DNA of 64,000 nucleotides from Octopus sinensis (lineage: Eukaryota), in NCBI RefSeq assembly GCF_006345805.1, contig NC_043022.1:1612001-1676000 (forward strand). Direction: 5' to 3'. This document shows positions 51,463 through 64,000 of the stretch, piece after piece. The position numbers and the translations under genes are program-made. The number at the start of each line of letters is the position of its first letter. Position 1 is the stretch's first letter. The notes below the pieces were generated by a model. It made no database searches and was not told where the DNA came from. It saw only the letters and a program-made list of their open reading frames with translations.

Positions 51463-52110
51463 GTGGCTTAGTGGTTAGGGTATTCAGCTCATGATAGTAA
51501 AACCATGAGTTCGATTCCTGGTGGCACACTGTGTCCTTGAGCAAGTCTTTCATGATGCTCCAGTTCACTCAGCTGGCAAAATACAGTAGTACCTGTAGTT
51601 CAAGGGGCCAGCCTTGTCACACTGTGTCACGCTGAATCTCCCTGAGAACTACGTGAAGGGGTAAGCGCGTCTGTGGAGTGCTCAGCCACTTGCACATTAA
51701 TCTCTTGAGCGAGTTGTTCCATTGACTGAATCAATTTTGGGGGAAGGTGCTATTGACCCCACTGTTTAACAGGTACCTATTTCATCAACCCCAAAAGGCC
51801 AAGTTGACTGCAATGGATTTGAACCCTGAATGCAAAGACAAACAAAATGCTGCTAAGCATTGTGTCTGGTGTGCTAATGATTCTGCCAGCTTTTTGCCTT
51901 ATAATAATTATAATAATAATTTTAGCACAAGACCAGTAATGTTTTTTTTAGGGAGTTACACTGATCTCGGGACTTGATGGCATTCTATCAACCCTCCAAA
52001 GAACAAAAGGCTAAGTTTATCTCTGCAGGATTTGAGATCAGAATATAAAAAAAACTGTAAAAAATGCTGTTAACATTCTGTCTGGCATGATGATAATTCT
52101 ACCATCGCCA
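51463..52110. mobile_element. SINE family C (51463-51730 plus) followed by degenerate family B pieces
   Basis: Alignment to other copies. Confidence 0.7.
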
Positions 52111-52612
52111 CCCTAGTAATGATTTCCAAGATAAGTGCAAGACCCCACCCCCAAAGGAATTGTATAAAAAAATAAATTAAAATATTTTGTGCATTGTAGA
52201 TGTATTCTTTTATTTGTTTCGGTCATTTGACTGCAGCCATGCTGGAGCACCACCTTTAATTGAACAAATCGACCCCGGGTGATGTGTGTTTATGAGTGAA
52301 ACACCTAAGCTGCACATGGTTCCGGCAGAAGGTAATGGCGAGACTTCTGACTCTTTTGCCACAACTTTCTCTCACTCTTTCCTCCTGCATCTTGCAGCTC
52401 ACCTGCGACCGACTGGCGTCCCGTCCAGGTAGGGAACCTATACGCCAAGGAAACTGGGAAACCGGCCCTAATGAGCCAGGCATGGCTCAAGAAGGAACAA
52501 ACAACAATAAAACAACAACACATTTGACAGAGTAATCTGGATGGTAAAAGGGTAAATAAATAATTTTAAAAATTAAAATAACAAAACATATAAGAAAGCA
52601 ACGGTCACTCAC

Positions 52613-52747
52613 CCATGACTAGATGGATTGATGAAGTAGAAACAACAGTGAACTCTGTTGTCGATGATATGCCGTCTGTTTAGACCACTTTCGTCGTGGA
52701 GGTAGCGCTCAAATTGTTCATCAATATATTCAATAATTGGCGTGAAA
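52613..52747 (-). CDS. SEPT2: Septin exon: [46 protein letters not shown]
   Basis: 135 bp, ttttag/gtgagt, phase 2/2; translated by hand (absent from the ORF track); contains the septin DNRVHCCxYF motif. Confidence 0.97.
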
Positions 52748-53019
52748 CTAAAACGATAAGAAGGAAAAAATGACTAATGAATAACATGAAAAAGACTAAT
52801 GAATAAAAGTGACTAACAAATATTCTTCACAGGGTTTGGTAAAACATCCTTCACTTCATTTGCAGAAATGCTACATCTTGACTGATTGTCATCAACACAT
52901 TCCAGTTTCTTATTTCTTTATTGCCCACAAGGGGACAAACAAGGACAGACAATGGGATTATATCGATTACATTGACCCCAGTGCGTAACTGGTATTTAAT
53001 TTATTGACTTAAGTGCTTG

Positions 53020-53306
53020 AGTTGGATCATTCAACGAAAAATTCTTGAAGGCAGTGCCCCAGCATGGCCAGTCTAATGACTGAAACGAGTAAAAGATAAA
53101 AAGTGTGTGTGTGTGTGTATATATATATATGTCTATCTAGGCGCAGGCATGGCTGTGTGGTAAGAAGCTTGCTTTTCGACTGAATGGCTCTGGGTTCAGT
53201 CCCAGTGTGTGGCACCTTGGGGAAATAACTTCTTCAATAGCCCTGGACCAACCAAAGCCTTGTGAGTGGATTCGGTAGGCAGAAACTGAAAGAAACCCAT
53301 TGTGCG

Positions 53307-53359
<53 letters not shown>

Positions 53360-53575
53360 ATATATATATACATTTATGTGTGTGCTTGACAACCGATGTC
53401 TGTGTGTTTACATTCCCATAACTTAGTGGCGCAGCAAAAAGAGACCAATAGTACAAGTACCAGGGTTAACAAGAAAATAAGTAGTGGGGTCGGTTCATTC
53501 GACTTAGAAGCTTTCAAGGTGGTGCCCCAGCATGGCCATAGTCTAATGACTGAAACAAGTAAAAGACAAAATGTG
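53020..53575 (+). mobile_element. SINE family A tail plus full copy
   Basis: Alignment to other copies. Confidence 0.8.
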
Positions 53576-53581
53576 TGTGTG

Positions 53582-53634
<53 letters not shown>

Positions 53635-53689
53635 CTGAAATAACACATGTTTATTTCAATGGAAATCTGATAAGAAAAGACTAAATACA

Positions 53690-54085
53690 TTTCCAGTTTC
53701 TTTTCCATATTGTAGCTCAGGTCCTTCGACAATCTTTAGAAGGGGCTCTGCACTCAGACCACTTATCAGTCAAGGAATGCTTTCAAATCTGATTTTAGCA
53801 CACACGTCACAGGATCTGACAAATTCTTCAGTATCTCTACTAAGATTAGGCCACCAAACACAAACCCTTCCATTCTTCGGTGTTTGTTGTACAGCCATGT
53901 GCGAGTATTATGAATTGTAGGAAAAAAAAAAGAAGAAACCTTTGATACGATAAGGTTCAGGAATGAACAGCCTGTTTTTATTAAAGATAACATCATTATC
54001 TCCAGTCAATCCGGATGATGGATGCTTGGCAAATTGCCATTCGAAAAGATCTAGTTTCGAACAGTCTTTTCCAGGAATGTAATTC
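53690..54085 (-). mobile_element. Ty3/Gypsy pol relic, integrase zinc-binding region
   Basis: YIPGKD...NRLFIPE...(H)...SHMAVQQT...VWWPNLSRDTEEFVRSCDVCAK with frameshifts and stops. Confidence 0.75.
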
Positions 54086-54086
54086 C

Positions 54087-54772
54087 TTAACCCCTTAGCA
54101 TTTAAACCAGCCGTATCCAGCCTGAATATCCTACCTGTTTTATGTCCAAACTGGCCAGATTTGGCCTCTCGCATCTACCCGACAAGGTCATTATGAAAAT
54201 AAACAACCACACCATCAAACACTCAAAGCTGTGAGAGAATGCAAAATTAATGACTTGTAGGTTCACAGTATTTTGTTATGCGACCGTATTATACTACGAG
54301 ATAGATTAAATGTTTTTATAAGTCAATACTGTGTCCTACTGTGTTAGCAGTGCACTTAAATCATGTGCTAAGGTCATCTCTGCAGATTTTATACAGAAAT
54401 TAAAACCAGAACTGGTTTTGTTATGATGTTTCGTATCTGAGACGTCAGATATAAAGAAACATAGAAGATGGGAAAATGGGTTTTTTTCATCTTTAATCTC
54501 GTTTGTTTACATCTGGTGTCTCAGATATGAAACGTTGTAACAAAATTAGTACTGGCAAGAATTTGTAGAGATGAACTTAAATGAAAGCATGATTAATTCA
54601 AAACAATGTAAGTAACTAAGCTTTACCTGTTTTATGGCCAAACTGGCCAAATCAGGCCTCTCCCACCTACCCTACAATGCTGTTATCAAAATAAACAACC
54701 ACAGCATCAAACTCCCAATGTGAATAGATGTCAGCGTTATAACTGACAGAGTAATCTGAATGATAAGGGTTA
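54087..54772 (+). mobile_element. piggyBac-like MITE family (ttaaccc...gggtta) composite with an internal hairpin; related copies at about 39385-39577, 41075-41250 and 43008-43240
   Basis: Shared ggcctctcacacctaccctacaat...aataaacaatcacatcattgaaatctc core; TTAA-CCC termini. Confidence 0.7.
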
Positions 54773-54879
54773 GGTGAGCAAAAAAAAAAAATATACGTTT
54801 TAAAATGATTTTTGAGGTGTTCAATAGTCTGGACATCAGTAAAAAGTCAATTCATCATTATCTTCGTTAGGATAAATTT

Positions 54880-55090
54880 CTAAAGAACAAACCAACACTA
54901 ATTGTCAAGCGATTGAAGGGGATAAACAGAAACACACACATAGGGCTTCCTCAGTTTCCACCTACCAAATCCACTCATGAGGTTTTGATTGGCCTGAGGC
55001 TATCTGCAGTAGAAGACACTTGCTCAAGGTGCCATGGGGGCGAGACTGACACCCAGAATCATTTGGTGGGGAGGTGAGCTGCTGACTAGG
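54880..55090 (-). mobile_element. SINE family A, degenerate
   Basis: Alignment to other copies. Confidence 0.65.
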
Positions 55091-55455
55091 TTTTTTATTT
55101 CCTTGATGACTGTTTTGTGAAAGACGAAGACAAACCAACAAGAACATGAAGAGAGAGAGAGACACACAGACAGACGAAGTTTTGACTCTTAACTTCACCT
55201 TGTTTCAGAAGATAAAAAATGCCTAAAAAAAAAAAATAAAAAGCCTCACTTATCTTTTTAGCTTTTATAAATCACGAACACAGGCATTGGTTTGTTTTCA
55301 TCATCACCATCATCACCACCACCACCATCAGCAGCAGCAGCAACCATCCCTCACGCCCTCTCCTCTTCCTTTCCCTCCTCTGCCTCTATCTCGCAACTGC
55401 AAGTCTGATAAATGTTACATCCGTTATCTTGCACGAATGCAAAAAGCTCTGTCAT

Positions 55456-55492
<37 letters not shown>

Positions 55493-55659
55493 GATTTATT
55501 TTTGAGGAGAGAGGGTCAGGGGTGGGGTGGAGAGCGTATTTATATGGTTGCATGTGATTGCATGTGGCCACATGTGTGTGTGTGTGTGTATACATTATTT
55601 TTCAGAAAATATCTATACGACTGCATCTACCATCTGAGTGTAAGTATGTGTGTGTGAGA

Positions 55660-56616
55660 GAGGGAGAAAAAGAGAGAGGACTAAAGAGAGAGAGAGAGAA
55701 GGAAGAGGAGAGAAAGAGAAAGAAAGGGAGAGAGAGAAAGAAAGGGAGAGAGAGAAAGAAAAGGAGAGAGAAAGAAAAGGAGAGAGAAAGAAAGGGAGAG
55801 AGTGAGAGAGAGAATGAAAGAGAGAAAGAGAAAGAAAGAGAAAAGGAGAAAGAGAAAGAAAGGGAGAAAGAGAAAGGGCGAGTGTGAAAGAGAGAGGAAG
55901 AGAGATGTAAGAAGAGAGATAATGTTTGTGTGTGTGTGTGTTTTTGGTATGCAAGTGCATCCATACATGCGCACAATTCCATGCTTGTGCAAGGGTGCAC
56001 ACCCACCCAATCCCACCCCACAGACCAATTCCCTCTGATGCCAACAGTTTCGAGTCCAAGAGTAAATAAAAGAGAAGAGAAAAACAAATTTATCAGTTGA
56101 TGGAAGCTTAGGCATTTGTAGTATTTGACCCCCGTCTTTGGAGTCAACATGGCAACGCCGCCGCCGTCTTGGAGATAACCCAGCCAATAAGAGCTGCTTA
56201 ACACCACTTCTCTTACTCTCACTCACTCTCTTTCTCTCATACCATTGAGTTATTCTCAACCATTTTGGTAGAAGATTGAAAGAGTTCAAAATGAAGAGAG
56301 AGAGAGAGAGACATTTGGGAGATGACAGAGGAAGAACACCAAGGAATACATCATGTTAGCATTCATACATGTGTGTGATCAGCATTATTGATTAACGTCT
56401 GTTTCCCATGCTGGCATGGGTTGCACGGTTTGACTGAAGTCTGGAGAGCCAATGGCTGCACCAGGCTTCAATCAGGTCTGACAGAATTTCTACAGCTGGA
56501 TGCCTTTCCTAATGCCAACCACTCCGAGAGTGTAGTGGGTGCTTTTTACGTGCCGTCGGCACAGAAGCCAGCCAGGGTATCAGCCCCAGCTACGATATAT
56601 ATATATATATACACAC

Positions 56617-56669
<53 letters not shown>

Positions 56670-56908
56670 CACACACACACACACACATACATATATATAT
56701 ATACACATATATAGATACACACATATATACATACACACACACACACATATATATATATGTATACATACACACATATCTACATACACATATATATATACAC
56801 ACACACATATATATACGCACACATATACATACACATATATATACACACATATACATACACACATATATATATATACACACATATATATATATACACACAT
56901 ATACATAC

Positions 56909-56963
<55 letters not shown>

Positions 56964-56975
56964 CATACACACATG
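55660..56975. repeat. GA-rich (55660-55910) and CA/TA (56590-56975) simple repeats
   Basis: Direct inspection. Confidence 0.9.
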
Positions 56976-58190
56976 TACATATTGTCCTAATGCCAACTTC
57001 ACCGTGCTTGCATAGGTCAGAGAGAATTCGTCTGAGGCAAACTTTCTATGGCCAGACGCTCTCCCTACAGCTGACAACCGTCACCCATTTCCAAGCAAGG
57101 TGATAATATTCCCCGATTCACTCCCTCAACTGCAAATATCACAAGGACCAGGTGTGCTTTTATAAAACACTGCAAACGGACGACAGACACCACTTGCACA
57201 ACAGTGACATTTGTTTACAACAGGACATACAATAAACTCCTTTCAATCCACTCATGAAGCTGGTTGTGGGGGCCATAATAAAAGACTTGCCCCACAGTAC
57301 CATAATACAGTGGTACTGAACCCAGCACCACACTATTGCAAAAGCAAAACCCCTTAACCATACAACACCCCCCAACTATCTACCTATCTCCTGTACATTT
57401 GGTAAAAAAATTAGTAGAAATAATGGTTTTTCTGATAATTTCTCCAGTTTAATAATTGGATGTTATTAAACACTTAATGACTTATGAACATTTAATTACT
57501 AAAGTGGGAAAATTACGAGAAAAGCCATTTCTATTCATTTTTGTCAAATATATAACACTGCAACAAGGACTTTTTATTTCTTATTCTACTATAAATAGAT
57601 ATCATCATCACCATCATCGTTTAGTGTCTGCTTTCCATGGTGACTTGGGTTGGACGGTTTGACTGAGGTCTGGGAAGCCAGGAGGCTGCACCAGGCTCCA
57701 GTCTGATCTGGCAGAGTTTCTACAGCTGGATGCCCTTCCTAACACCAACCACTCAGAGAGTGTAGTGGGTGCTGTTTATGTGCTGCCAGCATGGGAGCCA
57801 GTCTGGGGTCACTGGCACTGACTGCATTCAGTTGGTGCTTTTTACGTGCCACTGGCACGGGAGCCAGTATGGTGGCACTAGCATCGACCACATCTGGATG
57901 GTGCTTTTTATGTGCCACTAACTTGCTCTCCTTCCTCTTCCGACTAGGGTACCCTTGTACCTATTCTATGGGTACCCCTGTATCTTCATACTACCCTCCA
58001 ATCCCAGCTGAGGGACTTTTGTCTTGCCACACAAAACGCATCCAGTATACTCTGTAGAGCATTTGGCATTAGGAAGGGCATTCAGCTGTAGAAACCTTCC
58101 CAAAACAGAAAATGGAGCTGGGTGCAGCTCGTATGGGCTTTTTATATTGAACCATCAAACCCATGCCAGCATGCAATAAAGGATGTTAGA
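56385..58190. mobile_element. SINE family E copies (56385-56590 minus, 57600-57925 minus, 58060-58190 plus)
   Basis: Alignment to other copies. Confidence 0.75.
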
Positions 58191-58969
58191 TGATGATTAT
58201 TACCTCTGCCTTAGTGAAGGCAGAGGTATTGTTTTCAGTCGTGTTTGTTTGTTTGTTTGTCTCAAGAACCACAGGATGGATTAGGATGAAACTTTCAGGA
58301 AAGTTTGGTCTCATGACTGACACAAACTGGTTTTGGGAATCGATCCGGTACCAGACAAGGATTCTTGATTATTTTTCATCCAGCATGCTAATGATTCTGC
58401 CAGCTCACTGCCTTCATTCTAACAACAACAACAACGATAATAATAATAATAATCACAGAATTGCTTGTCAGTTGTTTGACCTTAACCAGTGGAGCATGTC
58501 CCTTGGTGGCTGACGATATGTGCAACTCTGATTGCGAGCAGAAGTAGTGGGGGAGCATCATAGCCATGTGTTGAGAAGGATTCTTTGGGGTTTGAATAAT
58601 TCACCTCTGGAAACATGGGTGTTTCGTTCAACATCCTTAAACAACCCTTATTCAGGGATCTTTTGAGCGAGATGGGCTACTCAACCTGAAGAAAATTCTA
58701 ACTGGGCCCCACCTGCAAGGTTATGTGCTGTTTGTCTTGATATGAGATCACCATGTCACGTACATATGGTTGTGATGCATGTGCCTAGTGAACCCTTATC
58801 AGACAGGTAGTCATGATGGGTATACTGGGCTTCGTATATTTTACCCCAGTGTCACTTTGATAATAATAATAATAACAACACAACAACAACATTATAGGTC
58901 TGTCCAGTCTCAGGACAAACAATGACAGTTATGATGAAATAGAGTAATAGTGAAATGGAGCAGACTTAC

Positions 58970-59093
58970 CAGTCTTCGGAATTTAAAGAATCCCCAAAAC
59001 CAGGAGTATCGACCACTGTTAACCTCAACTTGACTCCACGTTCTTCAATTTCTACTGTCGAGGCATCAATCTTGACAGTTTGAGTGATTTTCT
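58970..59093 (-). CDS. SEPT2: Septin exon with switch I Thr and G3 DTPG: [41 protein letters not shown]
   Basis: 124 bp, ttgcag/gtaagt, phase 1 to 2; also visible in ORF 58966..59160. Confidence 0.97.
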
Positions 59094-59229
59094 CTGCAAT
59101 CAGAAACAAAACAAAGAATTCTTGAAATCTCATCCAACCACTGCTGTTCCATACAAACACAACTAGGGACAGAGAGGGGGCAAAAAAGAGAAACTTAAGG
59201 GACCAGATTCACACACAAATACATGTATA

Positions 59230-60060
59230 TGATGGGCTTCTTTCAGTGGGCATGCAGCGATCCCCTGTTAGGGGCCCAATACTGCGCCACACCAATGGAT
59301 GGTTAGATGGAACCAGCAAGTGCATAGCCTCTGGTGCAAGGTGGCACTGTCCACTTGAATATACCAGGTGTTTAGGTGACCAATCCCTCGAGGTGGGCTT
59401 TTGGTTTCCGTCTACCAAACCTACTCTCGGAGCTTTGGTCAGCCCGAGGCTATAGTAGAGGACACTTGCCCAAGGTGCCATGCAGTGGGACTGAACCCGG
59501 AACCATGTGGTTGGTAAACAAGCTACTTACCACACAGCCACGCCTGCATTTATGGTAAAAGTGCAGAAATGATAAAAGGGTTACAAACAGAAATGTTTGA
59601 TATTTCCTTTTGGCACTCCTAGCTTTTGTTCTTGCTGTTTTTAAACTGAATTAGCATAAAACAACCATTGGTCTCCTTGACTTACCCTCAGAGATTATCT
59701 GGAGACTATTACTGGCTCCCACACAATACAAAAACAGGGGCCCACTCCTGGTAATATCTCACTTCTGACTTACCATTGCTAACATCAGGTAGCCGAAAAC
59801 TGTGGCTGGGCTTTAAACAGCATAATGCAAGGTATATATCCAAATATAAAATTATTTATATGTGTGTGTTTGTGTCTGTCTCCCACCACCACTTGATAAC
59901 TGGTGTTGGTGTGTTTATGGCCCCATAACTTAGCAGTTCCATAAAAGAAACTTGTAAGTACCAAGTTTAAAAATACAAATAAAGTACTGGGAGCAATTCA
60001 TTTGACTAAAGATTCAAGGTGGTGCCCCAGCATGGCCACAGTCTAATGACTGAAACACAT
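59230..60060. mobile_element. SINE family A head (59230-59550, minus, with ~150-bp insertion) and tail (59860-60060, plus)
   Basis: Alignment to other copies. Confidence 0.7.
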
Positions 60061-60666
60061 AAAAGGTAATTATTATTTTTTGCTTTGGAAAAGAAGCCCA
60101 GCCTTGAATGAACTGTAAAGAATTTTAACAAGTCTAAAAGGCACCAAGCCTCATCCATATCTGCTTGTGCCATATACTGAAGAAAACTCAGGATGTGCCC
60201 TGAAATATTATGCTTAAAGTAAGATTACCAAGATTACGCAGGCTTTTAAAATTCAGATCTGTAACACAAGATAAGTCCGAGTGTCGTGATGAAAGGCAGA
60301 TTTTTACGATTATTTGAGCAGAATGCAACACTGAGGGAAAGAAGTTTTTTAAAAACTATAAACAACCCAAAAATTCCATTTGACTTTTTTTTTATTATTT
60401 ATACCTTTAGAAGAAAGACTGCCTGGCATGTCAGCACTCACCTCTTCTCATCTTATTATCTTAATTAACAGATTTTATTAACTGCTTTTACTTTATTATT
60501 ATTATTATTATTATTATTTTGGTGATCTAGATCATAACTGCTTATCTTGGTCCCTAATTACATATGTTTTTATAAAACTGTTTGATTACCATACAGGCGT
60601 ATTTACAATTAATCTTTCTCAGATATCACTCTTCTGGGTTCCGCCCATGCTGGAGCATTGATTTAA

Positions 60667-60893
60667 CCCTTTCGTTACCAACCCGGCTGAAACCGGCTCT
60701 GGCTCTGGCTCTTTAGTACAAATGTCTTGTTTTCATAAATTCTCAATTAAAATCTTCCACCAAACCTGAGTCACAATTTATGCTCCAAACACTTGCTTAA
60801 TGGTAACTAAGTTATTTTACTAAATTCTTTGTTATATTTAAAGTAATTGAAAGAAATACAGAGCATCTCAAAATAAATGCAGTAACGAAAGGG
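60667..60893. mobile_element. piggyBac-like MITE
   Basis: TTAA on both flanks, perfect 12-bp TIR ccctttcgttac. Confidence 0.85.
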
Positions 60894-61169
60894 TTAAGAG
60901 ACTTTTAGGGGATTCTATCAACTCCAGTATTTTGGCAGCTGGTTATTTCAACTTATTTTTATAGAATGGCCAAATCATTCTCTGATGTAAAGGGACATAA
61001 TGCATGTGGAATAGCATTGCAACATACTTTTTGTTTGATGCACCGATTGCCAGCAATCTTGACTATCTTTCTCATATATATATATATATATATATACATA
61101 CATATATATATATATATATATATTAGTTCAAATTTACAGAAAGCAAAAGATGAAGACAGATGAGGTAAC

Positions 61170-61260
61170 AACAAGCAAGTGTATTAGTTTGATACTTAGG
61201 AAGAATGGAAAGGTCTTTGATGTTTCGGGCCTATGCTCTTCGATAGAAAGGATTGAGAGA
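61170..61260 (-). mobile_element. Degenerate second copy of the same PLE 3' terminus
   Basis: ctttctatcgaagagcataggcccgaaacatcaaagac aligns to 48174-48211. Confidence 0.7.
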
Positions 61261-61484
61261 AGAAATTAACAGTTTAACATGACAAAATGGCCAGAAGAGA
61301 GAGACTGAAAGGGAGATAATAACAGTGACCCAGACAAACTAAGGTGTGCAAGAGCATGGGTATATGTGAGAATGGGGGCAAGTGTGTATCTGTGTGGGCA
61401 AGCTTAAAATTATATGGGCCTCTGTGTGTGTGTGTAATATATATATATATACACACATATGAATGTATGTACGTATATTCTTTT

Positions 61485-61685
61485 CTATTCTAGGCACAAG
61501 GCCCGAAATTTTGGAGGAGGGAGTCAGTCGATTAGATCGACCCCAGTACACAACTGGGACTTAATTTATCGACCTTGAAAGGATGAAAGGCAAAGTCGAC
61601 CTTGGCAGAATTTGAACTCAGATCGTAAAGACAGATGAAATACCACTAAGCATTTTGCTCGGCATGCTAACGTTTCTGCCAGTTC
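61485..61685 (-). mobile_element. SINE family B full copy
   Basis: Alignment to 4864-5106. Confidence 0.8.
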
Positions 61686-61984
61686 ACAGTCTTGAATGTA
61701 TGTCTGTACGCATGCATATTGCGGACACACTGTAGCTGAATGGTTAATAAGTCCTATTTGCAACTACCAGGTCTCAGGTTCAATCCTACTGTGTGGCACT
61801 AAGAGTGGAGGTAATTTTCAGTAACTTTGGATCACCTCATTCCTCATAAATGAAACTGAATAGATGGAAACTATACAGAAGCTTGCTGAATGGATTATCC
61901 CTGTAATCCCAAAGGGTACGGCCTTGTCTGTCATACACACCGCATCATACGGAATCTGCTTGAGATTAAGGTTAAGAATACACA

Positions 61985-62470
61985 TCATCATCCATCATTT
62001 TGAATCCAGCTTTTGTCCCCATTAACGGGGTTGACCGGGATCTACCTCAATGCCAGAGCAACTGCCCCCACACCATCTCGCCCAGTTTTGGGCATCCACC
62101 CTTCTCAAACCAACCCTCCCAATCTCCTCCTCCACATTTTTCTCGGTCTACCTTGCTTTTGCTGTCCATTCACCTCAAACTCTAGCATCCTCTTCAGAAC
62201 AGGTTCCTCATCCTTCCTCAGCACATACCCATACCACCTCACTCCATTTGCCCTTGCCAGCCATTCCACCAATTCCTCCAACCCCAGCATCCCCATCAAG
62301 TCCTCAGTCCTCCTCTTATCAAACAGCTTCACTCCACACATCTCTCTCAGTCCTTCTCAAAATTACTCTCTCTCTCTCCCTCCCTCAAACACCATGTCTC
62401 ACTCCCATACAGCATTGCAGCTCTCACACAATTCCTACAGACCTTTCCTTTTGTCTTCAATGGCAAATGT
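61985..62470 (-). mobile_element. RTE LINE 3' fragment
   Basis: KGKVCRNCVRAAMLYGSETW...MCGVKLFDKR...RWYGYVLRK...GRPRKMW; (GAT)n tail. Confidence 0.88.
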
Positions 62471-62629
62471 CCTTGGCTGAATGTCTTCTACTATGACACA
62501 CGGCTGTGGAATACTCACTCACACTCAAGTACACTCACTCTCCCACTCGCACTTATCCACTCACACAGACCTTCAAGCAGTGAGGAATTTTAATTTAAAA
62601 AAAAAATTTTTCATAGAAGACAGACGACA

Positions 62630-63020
62630 GGCTTGGCTGTGTAGTAAGATTAGGTACGGGTGTGGCAAGAAGCTTGCTTCCTAACCGCATGGTTCTGGGT
62701 TCAGTCCCACTGCATGGTACCTTGGCCAAATGTCTTCTACTATGGCCCTGGGCCGACCAAAGCCTTGTGAGTGGATTTGGTAGAAGGAAACTGAAAGAAG
62801 CCCATTGTGTATATAAATGTGTGTGTGAGTCTCTCCCAACATCACCACTTGACAACCAGTGTTGGTATGTTTATGGCCCTGTAACTTAAGGGTTTGGCAA
62901 AAGAGACCGATATAAGTGCTAGGCTTAAAAGAAATAAGTCCTGGGGTCGATTTGTTTGACTAAAACCTTTCAAGGTGGTGCTCCAGCATGGCTGCAGTCA
63001 ATTGACGGAAATGAGTAAAC
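62630..63020 (+). mobile_element. SINE family A full copy
   Basis: Alignment to other copies. Confidence 0.8.
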
Positions 63021-63067
63021 AAAAAAAAAAAACAAGAAAGTTTAGAGAAAATGAAGAAAAATCTTAC

Positions 63068-63154
63068 CAGAGGCAGATGGAATGTGTCTCTCGGGGTAAA
63101 GGTCAGCCAGAAATAAACTGTTAACCAGAGTAGATTTTCCTAAGCCAGACTCCC
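63068..63154 (-). CDS. SEPT2: Septin (SEPT2 group) coding exon with P-loop/G1: [29 protein letters not shown]; upstream exons outside the window
   Basis: 87 bp, aaacag acceptor and gtaaga donor, phase 1/1; translation matches the septin G1 motif GxSGLGKST. Confidence 0.97.
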
Positions 63155-63694
63155 CTGTTTAACGAAATAAAAATATATAAATACAGAATTATAATTAAAA
63201 CAAAAAACAAATATGTTAATAAAACAAACACATTAGGGTGGATTAGTCATTGCACGGTAGCCGTGGAAACGAGTAAAATTTGAAAATGAAGCCAAATTAA
63301 GAAATGCTGTTAATGTTAAAATAGAGATTGATTTATCTGTATTTTGGGGTGTTTAAGAAGAGTGCAAACAGGATGCGAGAAGAAATCTGGACAAAAATCC
63401 CTCCGTAAACAAACACTGACTCTGCAAAGCTTTTTAAAGATTAGGCAAAATATTCAGACATTTGGTAGCTTGGCCGTTGCCAGATCTCTTACTGTTTATT
63501 TATCTATCCTTTAACGTCCGTTTTCCATGCTGGTATGGGTTAGAGGGGTTAGACAAGAGCTGGTACATTAAAAAACTCTGTTAAGCTCTACTACCCGGCA
63601 CATAAGACATAGACATGCAACTTTTGTAATAATTAGAAATATTAAATTTCTAAATATCTCAGAGAGATATGTACGGTGGTGGAGTGAAAGAGTG

Positions 63695-63959
63695 GTTGTA
63701 TACTGTCAACTTAACGTGACAGTCCCGTAAAGGGAATTACACCACCACTATTTAGCCCTAGGAAGCATCAACGCTTCCTGTCGGCTTTGACACATTTCCT
63801 GTGTCCTTATATATTTACGAAGGGGAGACAAGCACCCCCAACAGTTAGGCTCGCATCTAGAGACATGCATGCGACAGGAAGCATTGATGCTTCCTAGGCC
63901 TAAATAGCAGTGGCTTATTCCCTTTACGGGACTGTCACGTTAAGTTGACAGTATACAAC
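63695..63959. mobile_element. Young MITE-like foldback with about 90-bp arms
   Basis: First 43 bp of the arms are a perfect inverted repeat; each arm has an aggaagc/gcttcct sub-hairpin; no TSD resolved. Confidence 0.75.
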
Positions 63960-64000
63960 TGCTTTATGTAATAATGTATTGCAGAATATCATTGGCAGTT

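Noticed and set aside
59675-59780. Two strong minus-strand GGTAAGTC donors in the septin intron
   Set aside because: All nearby acceptors give in-frame stops or break the phase 1/1 frame; no exon can be supported

Overview
Eukaryotic, repeat-saturated genomic DNA. The extreme microsatellite load and the SINE families suggest a cephalopod, probably Octopus (inference). One protein-coding gene is well supported: a SEPT2-group septin on the minus strand. Nine coding exons lie between 63154 and 41446, all GT-AG and phase-compatible, and the 5' exons lie beyond the right edge of the window. The rest is a mosaic of at least six tRNA-derived or RTE-tailed SINE families, LINE fragments (RTE, CR1/Jockey-like, a C2H2-finger LINE end), a 5'-truncated Penelope-like element (PLE), a Gypsy integrase relic, mariner relics, MITEs (mariner, pogo, piggyBac, hAT, Helentron-like) and a 100-N gap. 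The most striking unannotated signal is a set of about ten minimal type I hammerhead ribozyme (HHR) motifs from at least six unrelated sequence families, nearly all with a self-complementary helix III and several with an inverted copy of their own 3' tail. One family is a tRNA-headed SINE whose 3' half is an HHR-bearing, PLE-like terminus (three loci, one with a 12-bp TSD). The septin also encodes Ser (AGT, in a UAG context) at a normally Gly position, a candidate for restorative A-to-I recoding. All structures were read by eye, no database or folding program was run, and SINE boundaries are approximate (about +/-10 bp).
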